Made by a program: the position numbers and the translations under genes
Notes under the pieces: generated by a model
What the model was told of the DNA's origin: nothing
The model's input: only the letters and a program-made list of their open reading frames with translations
The model's database searches: none
IMG/VR virus record: IMGVR_UViG_3300050821_002494
Coordinates: 5,247-69,246 of that record
Length of the DNA stretch: 64,000 nt
Strand: one strand, 5' to 3'
Source of the DNA: a virus
Shown here: positions 17,961-27,938 of the stretch, in pieces
How positions within the stretch are numbered: position 1 is the stretch's first letter
How the letters are laid out: each line of letters begins with the position of its first letter

Positions 17961-19568
17961 TTCCTCGTCGTAGCGCGATAGGTCGCCGGGGATGTGGTCT
18001 TCTCCATCGATGAATTCCGGGTTGTCCCCCGTCGCCATGTTGAAGTGGACCTTCTGGCTGTCGGCGACGTGCATGCCCTCATAGCCGGCGGTCATCCAGT
18101 TGTCAGCGAAGAAGCGGGACGCCATCGACCAGCAGTCTACGTCATCGTCGTGCTCAGTCGTGCCGGGGCCGGAGTAGGTGCAGACCTCAGCGAGGCAGGG
18201 CTCGTACCACGACTTCGGATTGCCGGGGCCGCCGTGGCCGTGCTTGTCAGGCTTGGACATATCGCTCTCAAGTAGCCAGCAGCGGCCGCGTGTGCCTCTG
18301 AAGACGCCGTCGCGGTCTGGTCCACCGGAGGCGACGTGCGAGGAACCATGTAGACGAGAGAGCTTGTCGGCCTTGCCGGGGTTGTAGGGGAAGCACTCGA
18401 TGCCCTCGTTGGCGAGCATCTGACGCAAAGAGATGCCGGAGCCCTTGTCTTCCACAATCAGGATGTCGGGACGCTTCTCTTGGTAGGCGGCGGAGAACGT
18501 CTCGCCCAAGATCGGGTTGCCGAACGACGGGAGGTCGCGGCTTCCATAGACGTGTTTAAGCTCCTGCTTGGCGCGCTTGATCAGCTCGGGCATGCCGACG
18601 TGGTCTTTCCAGTGCTGCAGCAGCATCATATTCCAGCGGCGGTCGTGACTGAATACGCCCCACACCTGACACGCCGTCGGATCAGCCTTAAATTCTTTTT
18701 TGTCGAATGTCTTCTCAGTCAGTGCGGTGTCCATCACGATCATGATGTAGTCGAACCATGGGAGGGCCTTGTCATGCGGCCAGAGACGCAGCCAGCTGCG
18801 CTTGATGATCGCCGCCTCGCCGGGATCGAGCATCTCGCCGTAGATTTCTTGGCGGCCAATCTCGGTGCCTTCGTATTGCTGGATGTCGCGGAAGAAGTCT
18901 TCGGCGAGGTTCTCGCGGTTCTCATACGTCGAGCCGATTATCTCGATGTCGGCGCGCTTGATCAGCTTCGCCAGCCAGTCGAGCGGCTTCGGTGTAGTGG
19001 TGTAGAGCTTCTGCGGCTGCACGAGCGTGCCGTCGGCGCACTTGTAGGCGATGCGGGTGCTCATATCGATGTTGCTGAGGGTGTCCTTCGCCTTCTGCTT
19101 GCCGTTGGCGGCCCACGCCGCGATCTCGTCGCCCCACAGCATCGTACATTGCGGGCCGCGCAGTCGCTCGGGGCTCTGGGCGGAGAAGCCGCGCACGATG
19201 GAGCCGTTCCTGAATTTGATCACCGGGATGGCGGCAGACACGTTCACGCTCTCGATCAGCTCGGGCGGGCAGACGGCAACGATGCCAGATATGCCGTTGA
19301 ACATCGTGCCTGTTAAGTCGGCGTGCGATGGCGCGACGGCGTGGATGATGATGCCGGGATAGAGACCCGCCTGTCGGACGATCCAGTTGGCGCCGACCTC
19401 GGTCTTACCCCAGCCGCGACCGGCGCGTGCTATGGCTAGGTTCCAGCCATCAATGGGCAGGACTTGCTTGTCTCGGGCCTTTGATAGCCACTTCTGCTCG
19501 CGATCTAGGAACGCCAGAGCGAGCGGGTCGGTCAGCTCACCAACCCGCCCAATTAGGTCATCGTGCAT
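17940..19568 (-). CDS. terL: Terminase large subunit
   Basis: AGRGWGKT Walker A, LRGPQ..WGDE Walker B, TTTPKP, nuclease DTA, VEDKGSG, HDDDVD. Confidence 0.95.
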   Translation of the reverse strand: MHDDLIGRVGELTDPLALAFLDREQKWLSKARDKQVLPIDGWNLAIARAGRGWGKTEVGANWIVRQAGLYPGIIIHAVAPSHADLTGTMFNGISGIVAVCPPELIESVNVSAAIPVIKFRNGSIVRGFSAQSPERLRGPQCTMLWGDEIAAWAANGKQKAKDTLSNIDMSTRIAYKCADGTLVQPQKLYTTTPKPLDWLAKLIKRADIEIIGSTYENRENLAEDFFRDIQQYEGTEIGRQEIYGEMLDPGEAAIIKRSWLRLWPHDKALPWFDYIMIVMDTALTEKTFDKKEFKADPTACQVWGVFSHDRRWNMMLLQHWKDHVGMPELIKRAKQELKHVYGSRDLPSFGNPILGETFSAAYQEKRPDILIVEDKGSGISLRQMLANEGIECFPYNPGKADKLSRLHGSSHVASGGPDRDGVFRGTRGRCWLLESDMSKPDKHGHGGPGNPKSWYEPCLAEVCTYSGPGTTEHDDDVDCWSMASRFFADNWMTAGYEGMHVADSQKVHFNMATGDNPEFIDGEDHIPGDLSRYDEELTNPYG

Positions 19569-19834
19569 CCCTCAATTCTAGCACGATTTTTTTAATCTAT
19601 GTCGTACCTCACCGGCACTCGCCGGAGGCCGCCGTCGTATAAGGCCTCGTAGCTGGGGTCCTTAGCCGGCCGGTTGTCGCCTTCGAGGTCGTTCAGGTCG
19701 TCGAAGACCTTCTGCTCGACCGTCCATGCGCGCTCGATCTCTTGATCGATCAGGACGTCTCGCGAAGTACGGACGCGACGCTGAACGTGGTTCTTGCGTC
19801 CGTACCACGGGTGGTCCGGTCTGGGCGTCGGCAC

Positions 19835-20098
19835 TTAGGCGACGCCGCCCTTTCCAACGAACACATCGCGGGTGGCTCCATGACGCGGCTTGTCCAGCAG
19901 CGACAGCTCGACGGTGTGGTCCTTATTGAACCGAATGCCGAGGCCCTTGTTGCCCAGCATCTCTTCGAGATCGGCGAGAACGATCTTCGCCTTCTGGCCC
20001 GGCAGCGGCGCCAGCACGGCGGCGATCAGCATGTGCAGGAACTCGGGGTTGCTGGTGGCTTGGTTCAGCGTGTCTTCCGCCTGTTCAGGTGTCATCAT
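19835..20098 (-). CDS. Small protein, member of helix-G-strand paralogue family
   Basis: LIAAVLAPLPGQKAKIVLADLEE; GAGGAG RBS. Confidence 0.55.
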   Translation of the reverse strand: MMTPEQAEDTLNQATSNPEFLHMLIAAVLAPLPGQKAKIVLADLEEMLGNKGLGIRFNKDHTVELSLLDKPRHGATRDVFVGKGGVA

Positions 20099-20326
20099 AG
20101 CTAGCTCCTCACTTCTGATCCACACCGCTCACACCAGATGACTGCTCGGTCGCGGCGTCTCTCGTAGCAGCCTCCGCACGCCTCGCAGCGTACAACTTCT
20201 CTGATCGACGAGCGATCAGCATCACTATGCCCAGCGTAGCCAAGCCGCACAGGGCGAGTGTACTCAGCGTCACCGCCCCTACGAAGACAGCCAAGACGGC
20301 GCACCAATGCCTCGCTAGGTCGCATG

Positions 20327-20926
20327 TCACTTCTCCACCTTCACGAGTTTTGCCTCTACGTCGATGGCGTCGACTTGTTTGTCCCGGATGCGGGCGTCGG
20401 TAAGGGCGCGTACCGTCTGGTCGACGATGGCGCGCGTCTCGCGGGCTCGCTGGGGATCAGATGGGTCTATGTCGTCCCTGCGCAAGCCCGCCTTGCCCTC
20501 AATTCGGTCGGCGATCTGCTGGAAGGCGGAGGCGTCACCCTTCAGCGCCTGCGCCACGAGGCGGCGCGCAATGGAGACGATGGCGGGCTTGTGGCTGCCA
20601 TCAACCACGCGGGTGCCGGTCACCAGCGCCTGCCGGAAGCGGCGATCCATCTCGTCGTCGTAGAGGACGTCGCTATCGTCGCTCAGCAGAGCGAGCCAGA
20701 GCGCGTCCGTCATGGGGTTGTGTCTCTCCAGAAACTTGATGTGGTCTCGCTGCAGCGCCTTGAGACGGGCGTCGGTCGCATCGATCTTCGGGTTGGCGGG
20801 CGACTTCGCTGCGCCCTTGCGGAAGCCCTCGGTGCAGAATAGCTCGGTGGCACGGCGCCACGCCTCGATCTCTTGCGGCGTGGCGTTCTCTGGGCAGGGC
20901 CCGGGGTCTGGATACTCTTTGGTCAT
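20327..20926 (-). CDS. terS: Terminase small subunit (putative)
   Basis: FRKG..SPANP, LVAQALKGDASAFQQIADRIEGK; upstream of terL. Confidence 0.7.
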   Translation of the reverse strand: MTKEYPDPGPCPENATPQEIEAWRRATELFCTEGFRKGAAKSPANPKIDATDARLKALQRDHIKFLERHNPMTDALWLALLSDDSDVLYDDEMDRRFRQALVTGTRVVDGSHKPAIVSIARRLVAQALKGDASAFQQIADRIEGKAGLRRDDIDPSDPQRARETRAIVDQTVRALTDARIRDKQVDAIDVEAKLVKVEK

Positions 20927-23850
20927 GCAGAGAGCCTACCATATTTCTTGGCCCAGCCGGGAGTGATCGGCGCACCGACGGCGGTGTCGCCCTTGAACTG
21001 GTTGCGATTGCGCGGTACGTAGGCTGAGGTATCATTCTTCGCGGCGTCGTTGATGCCGAGATGAACGGGGCACTGCTTGCGGAGGTCTCGTCCCCTGACG
21101 TTGGGGACGCGAGCTACAGTTACTTGCCGAATGCCGCGCATGACTACTCGGTGGCGCCGGCCGCGAGCAGGCGTTCGATCATCGCATCGAAGGCGGCGTT
21201 CTCGATGGCCTCGTAGGCCTCCGGGGTCGCGAACTTCTGATGAATGGGGCCATCTGGGTCTTCGACTTCGCGGGTGCCGCAGATGAAGCATTCCGGCAGC
21301 GCGCGGACCTCATTCGGGACGTCGTCGTCCTGCTGGCCGACTGGCATCTCGACGTCGTCTGGCGACACCGGGTTCGTGCCGAGCGGGCCCGTCACGTCGC
21401 GGGCGAAGCGGCCGGTCGAGGGCTCGTAGAATTCGAGCGGCTTGCCGGCGATGGCACGCACGCCGAGGCCGTCGGGGACGTCGATGGAGCCGTTGTGGTA
21501 GTCGATGGCGACTTCCCAGCCGTTGGCGCGGAAGGCGTCTTCGATGGTCTTGAGCGACTGCTTGAACTGCCCGAGGCCGAGGGCGTCGAGGGTCTCGTCG
21601 GCGTACTGCTGCATGGTTCTCATGTGATGTTCCTCTTCACGGTTGCGCTGGGGATTACTTGATGCAGAACTCGGTCACCGACCCCAGCAGGGCGATGATG
21701 ACAGCGAACTCTCCAAGCACGAAGCCCAGAGAGATGTTTAGTGCGCGCTGATGGCGCTCGATGGCTTGCCGGTAGTTGTCATCGATTTTAGACAACATCT
21801 TGGTTTCCTTTCGATGAGTAGTCTTCCAGAGCCCAAGCCACATGGAGGGCGGCCTCGGCGGCGCGGGCGAGCAGGCTCTCCTGCTGTGCCTTGTTGGGCC
21901 ACTTAGTGCTGTCGACTACGTCGGTCGTCGGCAGGTGGCTGATGCGGCTCGCCATATGCTGGGCAAGTTCGATCAGCTGGCCTGCGGTCATGGTCTCGAT
22001 GTTCATCTCACTTCCCCTTGTACTGCATGTCGAGCTTCTCGTGTTCCTTCCACCACTCCTCAAGCTCGGCGATGGTGACGCCGGATTGCTTCTCGTCGTA
22101 GTCCGAGAGGGTGAGACACTCGGTGGCGTGGAGAACCATACAGAGCATCGCCTCCGTCTTCCTCAGCTTGCGCTGGAGTTCGTTGTGGATGCGTCGATCT
22201 TCGTCTTCGGCTTGTGCGTCGTAGCAAGGCATCTCGGGCTCCTGTGTTCTAGGCGGCTAGCGCGGTGTGCCTTCGCGAGGGCGCGGCGTCGCTGCACTGG
22301 CGTGGAATTGGAGCTAAGCACCCCTAAGGGCTTGGTGGTGGCAGGGCGGCTCAGCTGCGCCCCCGGAAGGTGGAGAAGGCCTCCCATCGGGTGATCCTTA
22401 GTAAACGCAGGAGCGGCTATAGGCGGGGCTGTCCTTGTCGACTTCCTCCGGGACAATGCGTATCGAACTGTAGGTGCCGAAGTCGAGGCTCTCAGCAAAC
22501 TTCTGGGCGTCGGTGCGGCTCCGATACGGAGCAAAGTGGCCGAGCTTCTCCTCGACGGCGGCGCGATGATTTAAGGCGACGCGGACGTGGTAGATCATGG
22601 CCTTCTCGGGCACCTTTGGCAGCTGCGCCAGCCGCTCGCGGGCGGCCGCGAGTAGCGTCTGCATGTGCTCGTAGCCGGGGTTGTCGCGGTGCTCGTACTC
22701 CGCGATGGCGGCGGCAAGCAGCTTCGCGCGGATTTGGTCTGTGCTCATTTTGAAATCTGATTGCATGGTGTGCTCCTTTACTTCTGTGGATAGCCGCCGG
22801 GCCACGGCTGGCTTGAGGTGATGATCGAGCCGATCATCGCGACGTTGCCGTCGCGGTCGCGGCCCATCACGGGCTCTACTCGGGCGACTTGTCTGCCCCA
22901 GTAGTTGTTAATGATGCGCGCCCAGTCGTGGTTGGTACGATGCTGGGCGACGTTCATGCGGACGAGGTTCTCGGCCATGTTACTTCAGCTGCCCGTCGGT
23001 GGCGATCTGTTCGAGGCGAGCGCATACGGCGCTCCAGAAGTCTGCGCCTTCGGCAGTCTTGTAAAACGGGAAGGCGCCATAGATGTTGGTGGCAGCGGTG
23101 CGGAGGCTGCCCCGCTGCTTCTCCGACGGCGGCGAAGTCTCGCTGGCGGTGGTATAGAGTGGGGCGGGGATTTTTACCATCGTGGTCTCCGTTCTTTGAT
23201 TGGGTTACGCCGACTTCCTCGGCAGCATCGACTTCGCAGTGCGCAGCAGCTTGCGTATGTCGAGCACGCTTGCGGCACTATAGTCATTGAAACCAATGCC
23301 CGAGCCACAGGAAGTGGAGAAGCCGCTGTTGTCCAGCTTCGCTGCGGCCTTATCGAGCAGACGCTCCAGCGCCCTCTCCTGCTTGTCATTGCGGCTCACA
23401 AGATAGACACCACCGAACAAACAGAACTGGCACGCATTCGGATCGGTAACGTCGCATGCCAAGTATCCGCTCTTGTCGGCGTAGGCGGCTCTGGCGTAGG
23501 ACCGTTGTGTCCAGCGCCCACCCTTCTGTGAAAACAGGCGGCTCAGAGCCGCGAGGCCGTCCGACACAGAAGTCCCCTTGGCAATGAACTTGGCCATCGG
23601 GGACTTCTTCTTGAGGTGCATAGGTGCAAACATTTTACGGTTCCTTCTCGTTGGGGTTCTAGGTTCACTCGGCGATCTGGGGATCGATGGGCAGCTGCGC
23701 AAGGGCCTCCCCGTGCATTTCTTCTGCATCAAGCCAGCCGCACTCCCATCGGTCGAATACGACCGACTGCGCCATCGCGTCGTATGGGTTGGCGGTGCGG
23801 AGCTTGCCGGAGTAGAACGCGAAGAAGCCCCCCTCGTAGTCGTCCATCAC
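20923..23850 (-). other. Run of small hypothetical phage genes (e.g. 20923-21141, 21144-21623, 22008-22232, 22398-22805, 22778-22978, 22980-23180, 23205-23732 with FCLFGG..FND motif)
   Basis: Abutting minus-strand ORFs with RBSs. Confidence 0.6.
23665..23850 (-). CDS. Rmf/CrpP-fold-like small protein
   Basis: YEGG..A..G..NPY..W..GW pattern. Confidence 0.5.
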   Translation of the reverse strand: MMDDYEGGFFAFYSGKLRTANPYDAMAQSVVFDRWECGWLDAEEMHGEALAQLPIDPQIAE

Positions 23851-24507
23851 TCAGCTCCTCTTCAACATTGAACGGATGGCAGACGGGCCGTAGGCCTTGC
23901 CGGAGGCGGTGACGTAGCCGTCGGTCGCAAGAATGTCAGCGACCGCGCGAAGTGACAACAGGCCCGTCTTGTACAGACGCTGCGCCATCGCGGCGGCGGG
24001 GTCAGGTATCGTAGGCTTGCGGCCCTCGCATCGGCCGGTGGCGGCGCGCACGGCGTCGCGGGCGTGCTTCAGCTTGGCTACTAGGGCAGCCTTCTCGAAT
24101 TGTGAGACGGCGCCCAAGATTTGCCGCACCAGCTCGGCGGTCGGCGAGGGGTCGGTGAAGTACGTCGGGGCGTCGACCGGGATCAGCTCGATGCCGCGCG
24201 CCTTGAGCATCGCGTGCCCGGCCAGCTGTACCGCTAGGTCGCGCGCGAAGCGGGAGGCATTCTCGACGAGGATGACCTTGACGCCGTGGGCTTCGACGTA
24301 CTCCAGCATCTTCGCGAAATCTGGTCGCGTGTCGACCGGGTCCGCGCCAGAGACGGCGGCGTCGTAGAAGCTGCACTCGATAGAGTAATCAGCGCCGGGG
24401 GCACCAGCATAAGCCCAGACGGCTTCCTTCTGTCGCCCCATGCTGTCGCCACCGACGTTGGTGGCCGAGCTGGTGCGGTAGTAGGCGACTGCGGGGGTCA
24501 CGACCAT
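23851..24507 (-). CDS. Small serine recombinase (resolvase/invertase type) with C-terminal HTH
   Basis: YYRTSS catalytic motif, DAAVSG, RPDF, SRFARD, QFEK, GRKP, SLRAVA..L. Confidence 0.92.
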   Translation of the reverse strand: MVVTPAVAYYRTSSATNVGGDSMGRQKEAVWAYAGAPGADYSIECSFYDAAVSGADPVDTRPDFAKMLEYVEAHGVKVILVENASRFARDLAVQLAGHAMLKARGIELIPVDAPTYFTDPSPTAELVRQILGAVSQFEKAALVAKLKHARDAVRAATGRCEGRKPTIPDPAAAMAQRLYKTGLLSLRAVADILATDGYVTASGKAYGPSAIRSMLKRS

Positions 24508-24758
24508 GGTCCGACGAATACGCGATGCTGGGCCGCGACGCCGCCCTTGGTCACCTCGACCAACTCTTTCAGCTCGACGAGGCGGTCGATGCAGGCGAGC
24601 ATCGTCCAGCTGTCGCCAGTCACGCCATTCAGCAAGTTGGCAGCCATCACTGCCCCAGAGGTCTTCAGCATGGACTTGGCGTTGTCCCTGATCTTGAGGA
24701 ACATCACCTGACCATCCTCGGTGAAGATGGCGGCGCGATCTCTGATGTAGTCGTACAT
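24498..24758 (-). CDS. Small winged-helix-like hypothetical protein
   Basis: AGGAG RBS; GDSWTMLACIDRLVELKEL. Confidence 0.6.
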   Translation of the reverse strand: MYDYIRDRAAIFTEDGQVMFLKIRDNAKSMLKTSGAVMAANLLNGVTGDSWTMLACIDRLVELKELVEVTKGGVAAQHRVFVGPWS

Positions 24759-24853
24759 TGCGGTCTCCTAGTTAGGAGGGACCGAGAGCTTCGTGGCTTC
24801 TACCGTCATCGGGTGTGTCCACTCTCGGTCCCGGGGCGCGGCCGGTCTTCAGC

Positions 24854-24882
24854 TACATGGGGGCTGGGCCCCGCGGTGTCAA
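24854..24882 (-). promoter_or_regulatory. sigma70-like promoter TTGACA-N17-CATGTA
   Basis: Consensus -35, upstream of 24758 gene. Confidence 0.55.
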
Positions 24883-24894
24883 GCTCTAAAGTAG

Positions 24895-25178
24895 TAGGCT
24901 TCCCTCATCGACCCTCTCGCGTGGAGGATTTGCACCTTGGAAGTCCGCCTTCGGCGGCCAAGCCTCGGGGGTCCTTCTTCGATATGGCCCGATCCATCTC
25001 GACGTGAGATGGCGTTGGCCTAGAACGGTCGCATGTAGGAAGCCTATCTCGAATTCAGCATCGGTCGGCTACGCCCGCCATCGGCATCCCCTCCCACATC
25101 ACCCTGACAGGCTAGAGGTCCAGAGAGGCGGGGAACGATCCCGCCGCGCATCGTGTCAGCGACTGCGCCGACCGACAG
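24895..25178 (-). ncRNA. Candidate structured non-coding RNA (~285 nt)
   Basis: Own promoter, no credible ORF, nested stems (see findings). Confidence 0.55.
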
Positions 25179-25183
25179 GAATG

Positions 25184-25212
25184 TATATGCTCTCATCGGG
25201 TCCAAGTGTCAA
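25184..25212 (-). promoter_or_regulatory. sigma70-like promoter TTGACA-N17-CATATA with A-rich UP element
   Basis: Consensus -35 and near-consensus -10; AAAATAAT/AAAAATT upstream. Confidence 0.7.
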
Positions 25213-25720
25213 CCCGTGCGGGTGAATTTTTCGCGTATTATTTTGGAGACGCGGGCGGTAGGGGGAGGTGTCGATATGGGACCCGCTCGACTTTCTCGCG
25301 AAAGGGGATGGCCGGGCGCCGGTCGTCACCTACCAGCGTTCAGTTGACAATCGCTCTCAACTGACCAGCGTTAAGCTGCGTGCGGGCTGCACATTAACAG
25401 TGATCACACATGAATGATCATTCATTTGTTCTTGATACTCCGGTTTCAAGAACGTGGTGGGCGCGCACCCTCAGTGATGTAGGCGCTATCCCAGTAGGTC
25501 TCGATAGCCACGCGCGCCGCACTCAGATGCCACAGTGCCTGCTGTATCTCAGCACTGTCGCGCGCCTCGGGGTGCAGCTCACCCAGCCTCGCCGCTACCT
25601 GCTCGATGGACTGCCGTAGCTGCCGGCGCAGATGCCCTAGCTCGCTGATGGTCATTACTACATCTTGTGTCATGGCATTCCTCGTGCAAAAGGGTGGACT
25701 TATCGCAGTGGCGATGCAGC

Positions 25721-25931
25721 TGTTACGCATGTTACGCGTTACGCATCTGAGGTCTGGAGGCGCGGCGCGCGGTGTAGGGTGCTGCGCTGTGCAGGCGTAG
25801 TGCTAGCGTGTGCTCTGTCCTCACATAATGATAGGTTGAAGATGCGTAACATGCGTAACAGAGCCCTTAAATGCACGCCCGCTTGAACCCATTTGTTACG
25901 CATCGATGTGTAACAAAATAGATGCGTAACA
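25721..25931. repeat. Cluster of (T)GTTACGCAT(C) repeats in both orientations; probable replication origin
   Basis: Copies at 25721, 25731, 25738, 25841, 25851, 25894, 25905, 25921. Confidence 0.7.
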
Positions 25932-25937
25932 GACCTT

Positions 25938-27656
25938 TTAGGCATCTAAGCCTTTGAATGGCAACAGCTTTTGGTCACTTGAGCACTCAGCGACATCCGT
26001 AACAACCCAGCACCTAACTAGCTTCACCTTGGATGCACGAACTGGCTGCTGCTCGAAGCCCATGTTACGCATGATGGTGGCCACACGGTTGGCCACCCTC
26101 TTGTCGTGCCGCTCAATTGGCAGCTTGAGGCACTCCTCCAAGATACGAGATGTAGTAATCACCGTCCCCCAGTGCTTATGCAATTCAAGCTCGCTGGGGT
26201 CACCAAACACCTTCGGGGCGTCGCACGTCGGCGCCCCAGTCCACAGCTCGCTGGCCTCGATCCATGACTGGATGCGGTCGTCCCATGGGTCTGCTGTCAG
26301 GTGCTCCATCACGCGCCGGTTGGCTTCCTCCTCAGGCACGACATCCCATCTCTCGCCCCTCTGGAACAGCACCATCGCCTCAGCGAATAGCTGGTCTCTG
26401 TTCTCCCTCAGCCACTCGGTGTCGCACTTGCCTTGCGTGACGATGGACCAGAACCTGCGGCCGCCGCTCTCGTCGCCGTGCCACTTGCTGTCGTTGGTCG
26501 AGCCACACATCACTGCGGTGCGTTTGAACGTGGCGACCGTGCGGCCGTAGGGTGGCCTGTAGACATCCTCAGCTGTGCTCAGCAGCGCCTTGACGCGCGT
26601 CTTGGCTGTCCCCTTGATGGCGTCTAGCTCAGCGATCTCGGCCACCATGAGGCCTCTCAGCGACATCAGGAAGTCCTGCATCTTGTCGGCGCTCGTGTTG
26701 ATGGTGGCGTACCACTTGCCACCTAGGATGCTCAGCGAGGTGGACTTGTAGTTGCCCTGAGGGCCCAGCAGAACAGGCATCGTATCGCACTTGCAGCCGG
26801 GGCTCATGATGCGCGCAACCATGCTCACAATCCAATTGCGGCCCACGGCGCGGTGGTATCCTGCGTCGTCATCCTCTACGCCATAGACCGTCATCAGCCA
26901 CGTCGCTAGGCGCAGCTTGCCGTCCCACTCAAGGCCCCTCAGCCACTCCTGTGGCTCGTTGCGTTCGTCCTGATTAGCGAAGTTGTGTATCGCTGCCTCT
27001 GTCTCTGTGCGTGAGAGCCCGGTGGATAGCCTTATGTCCGACATGAGCAGCCACTCGTATACGTTGAGTAGGAACGTGTCGTCGACCGGCCTGACAGCTA
27101 TCACTCTGTCATCCTCACGGCCACCCCAATCAGTGAGATAGTTATTATGAAATGTGTCCTTCCAGATGCGTCCCTTGCGCCGCGCCTCCAGTATACCGAG
27201 CGACTTGAGATGCGTAGCATTCGACGCGAGCTTTGCCGCTAGCTCCTGCTTGCCTCCTGCGGCCCTCTCGTGCTCAGCGACCTCACTGTGTGGCACACTG
27301 GGGTCGTCATCCATCTTGTTGCGTAGCTTGATGCGTGCGCTGATGGCGGTCTGCTCAGCTAGCTGAGTGCGTATCTGCTTGGCCTTCTTGCGGTACAACA
27401 TTAGGTTGAAGCGCCGCGCAGTAGGCTCTCCGTCTCCACGCAGCCTGATGGCGTCGCGGACGTGCATCTCCAGCTTGCTCAGTGCGTAGTCGTCGTTGAA
27501 CGCGAGCCTGATGAGCAGCTTGTCTTGCTCGTCGCTCAGCGTCATGAGTGGGTCGCCTATCGAGCGCTGTATCGCACTCACTAGGTGAGACTTGAGGGCC
27601 TCGTAGTCATCCTCGAATATGTCTTCTGGGCGCTCGATCTGGTCTAGCTCAGCCAT
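25938..27656 (-). CDS. VapE (virulence-associated E)-like P-loop ATPase/helicase
   Basis: WDG..RL, ARIMSPGCKCD, GPQGNYKS, EIAEL, YRPPYG, GSTN, GGRRFW, RDQLFAEA. Confidence 0.9.
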   Translation of the reverse strand: MAELDQIERPEDIFEDDYEALKSHLVSAIQRSIGDPLMTLSDEQDKLLIRLAFNDDYALSKLEMHVRDAIRLRGDGEPTARRFNLMLYRKKAKQIRTQLAEQTAISARIKLRNKMDDDPSVPHSEVAEHERAAGGKQELAAKLASNATHLKSLGILEARRKGRIWKDTFHNNYLTDWGGREDDRVIAVRPVDDTFLLNVYEWLLMSDIRLSTGLSRTETEAAIHNFANQDERNEPQEWLRGLEWDGKLRLATWLMTVYGVEDDDAGYHRAVGRNWIVSMVARIMSPGCKCDTMPVLLGPQGNYKSTSLSILGGKWYATINTSADKMQDFLMSLRGLMVAEIAELDAIKGTAKTRVKALLSTAEDVYRPPYGRTVATFKRTAVMCGSTNDSKWHGDESGGRRFWSIVTQGKCDTEWLRENRDQLFAEAMVLFQRGERWDVVPEEEANRRVMEHLTADPWDDRIQSWIEASELWTGAPTCDAPKVFGDPSELELHKHWGTVITTSRILEECLKLPIERHDKRVANRVATIMRNMGFEQQPVRASKVKLVRCWVVTDVAECSSDQKLLPFKGLDA

Positions 27657-27902
27657 CTATCGGCTCCTCTTGAGATCACTGCATGGCCAATAGGGCGTGC
27701 AGACGCGCGCCATCCGCTTGGCTAGGTGCATCACGTAAGCTATCTGGTGGCGTCGCATGCCATCCCAGCATCGATCAGGCGTCGTGCCGTAGATCGGGCT
27801 GCCGCCGATGCAGCGCGTGTTGACGATGGCGTAGGCGATGCGCTCGCTGGCCTTGTAGCGCATGCTATCGGTCTCGAAGTCTTCGTCGAAGTCGTGTGCC
27901 AT
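27657..27902 (-). CDS. 81-aa leaderless protein carrying a copy of the capsid C-terminal segment
   Basis: DFETDSMRYK identical to capsid; ATG 6 nt after -10 TACCAT. Confidence 0.6.
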   Translation of the reverse strand: MAHDFDEDFETDSMRYKASERIAYAIVNTRCIGGSPIYGTTPDRCWDGMRRHQIAYVMHLAKRMARVCTPYWPCSDLKRSR

Positions 27903-27908
27903 CAGACC

Positions 27909-27938
27909 ATGGTAGCGTCGCTGCCGAGCGGCGGTCAA
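27909..27938 (-). promoter_or_regulatory. Promoter TTGACC-N18-TACCAT
   Basis: Class shared with three other sites. Confidence 0.6.

Noticed and set aside
24790-24820. Hammerhead-like GATGA...GAA on the minus strand
   Set aside because: Core is CCGATGA/GAAG rather than CUGAnGA/GAAA and the three stems cannot be built
24922-24942. GGTGCAAATCC as tRNA T arm or cobalamin riboswitch
   Set aside because: No cloverleaf, no GGGAA/B12 box; kept only as a T-loop-like element of the ncRNA candidate
27903-27938. TTG start at 27938 given by the ORF track
   Set aside because: That TTG is the -35 hexamer of a promoter; ATG at 27902 fits better
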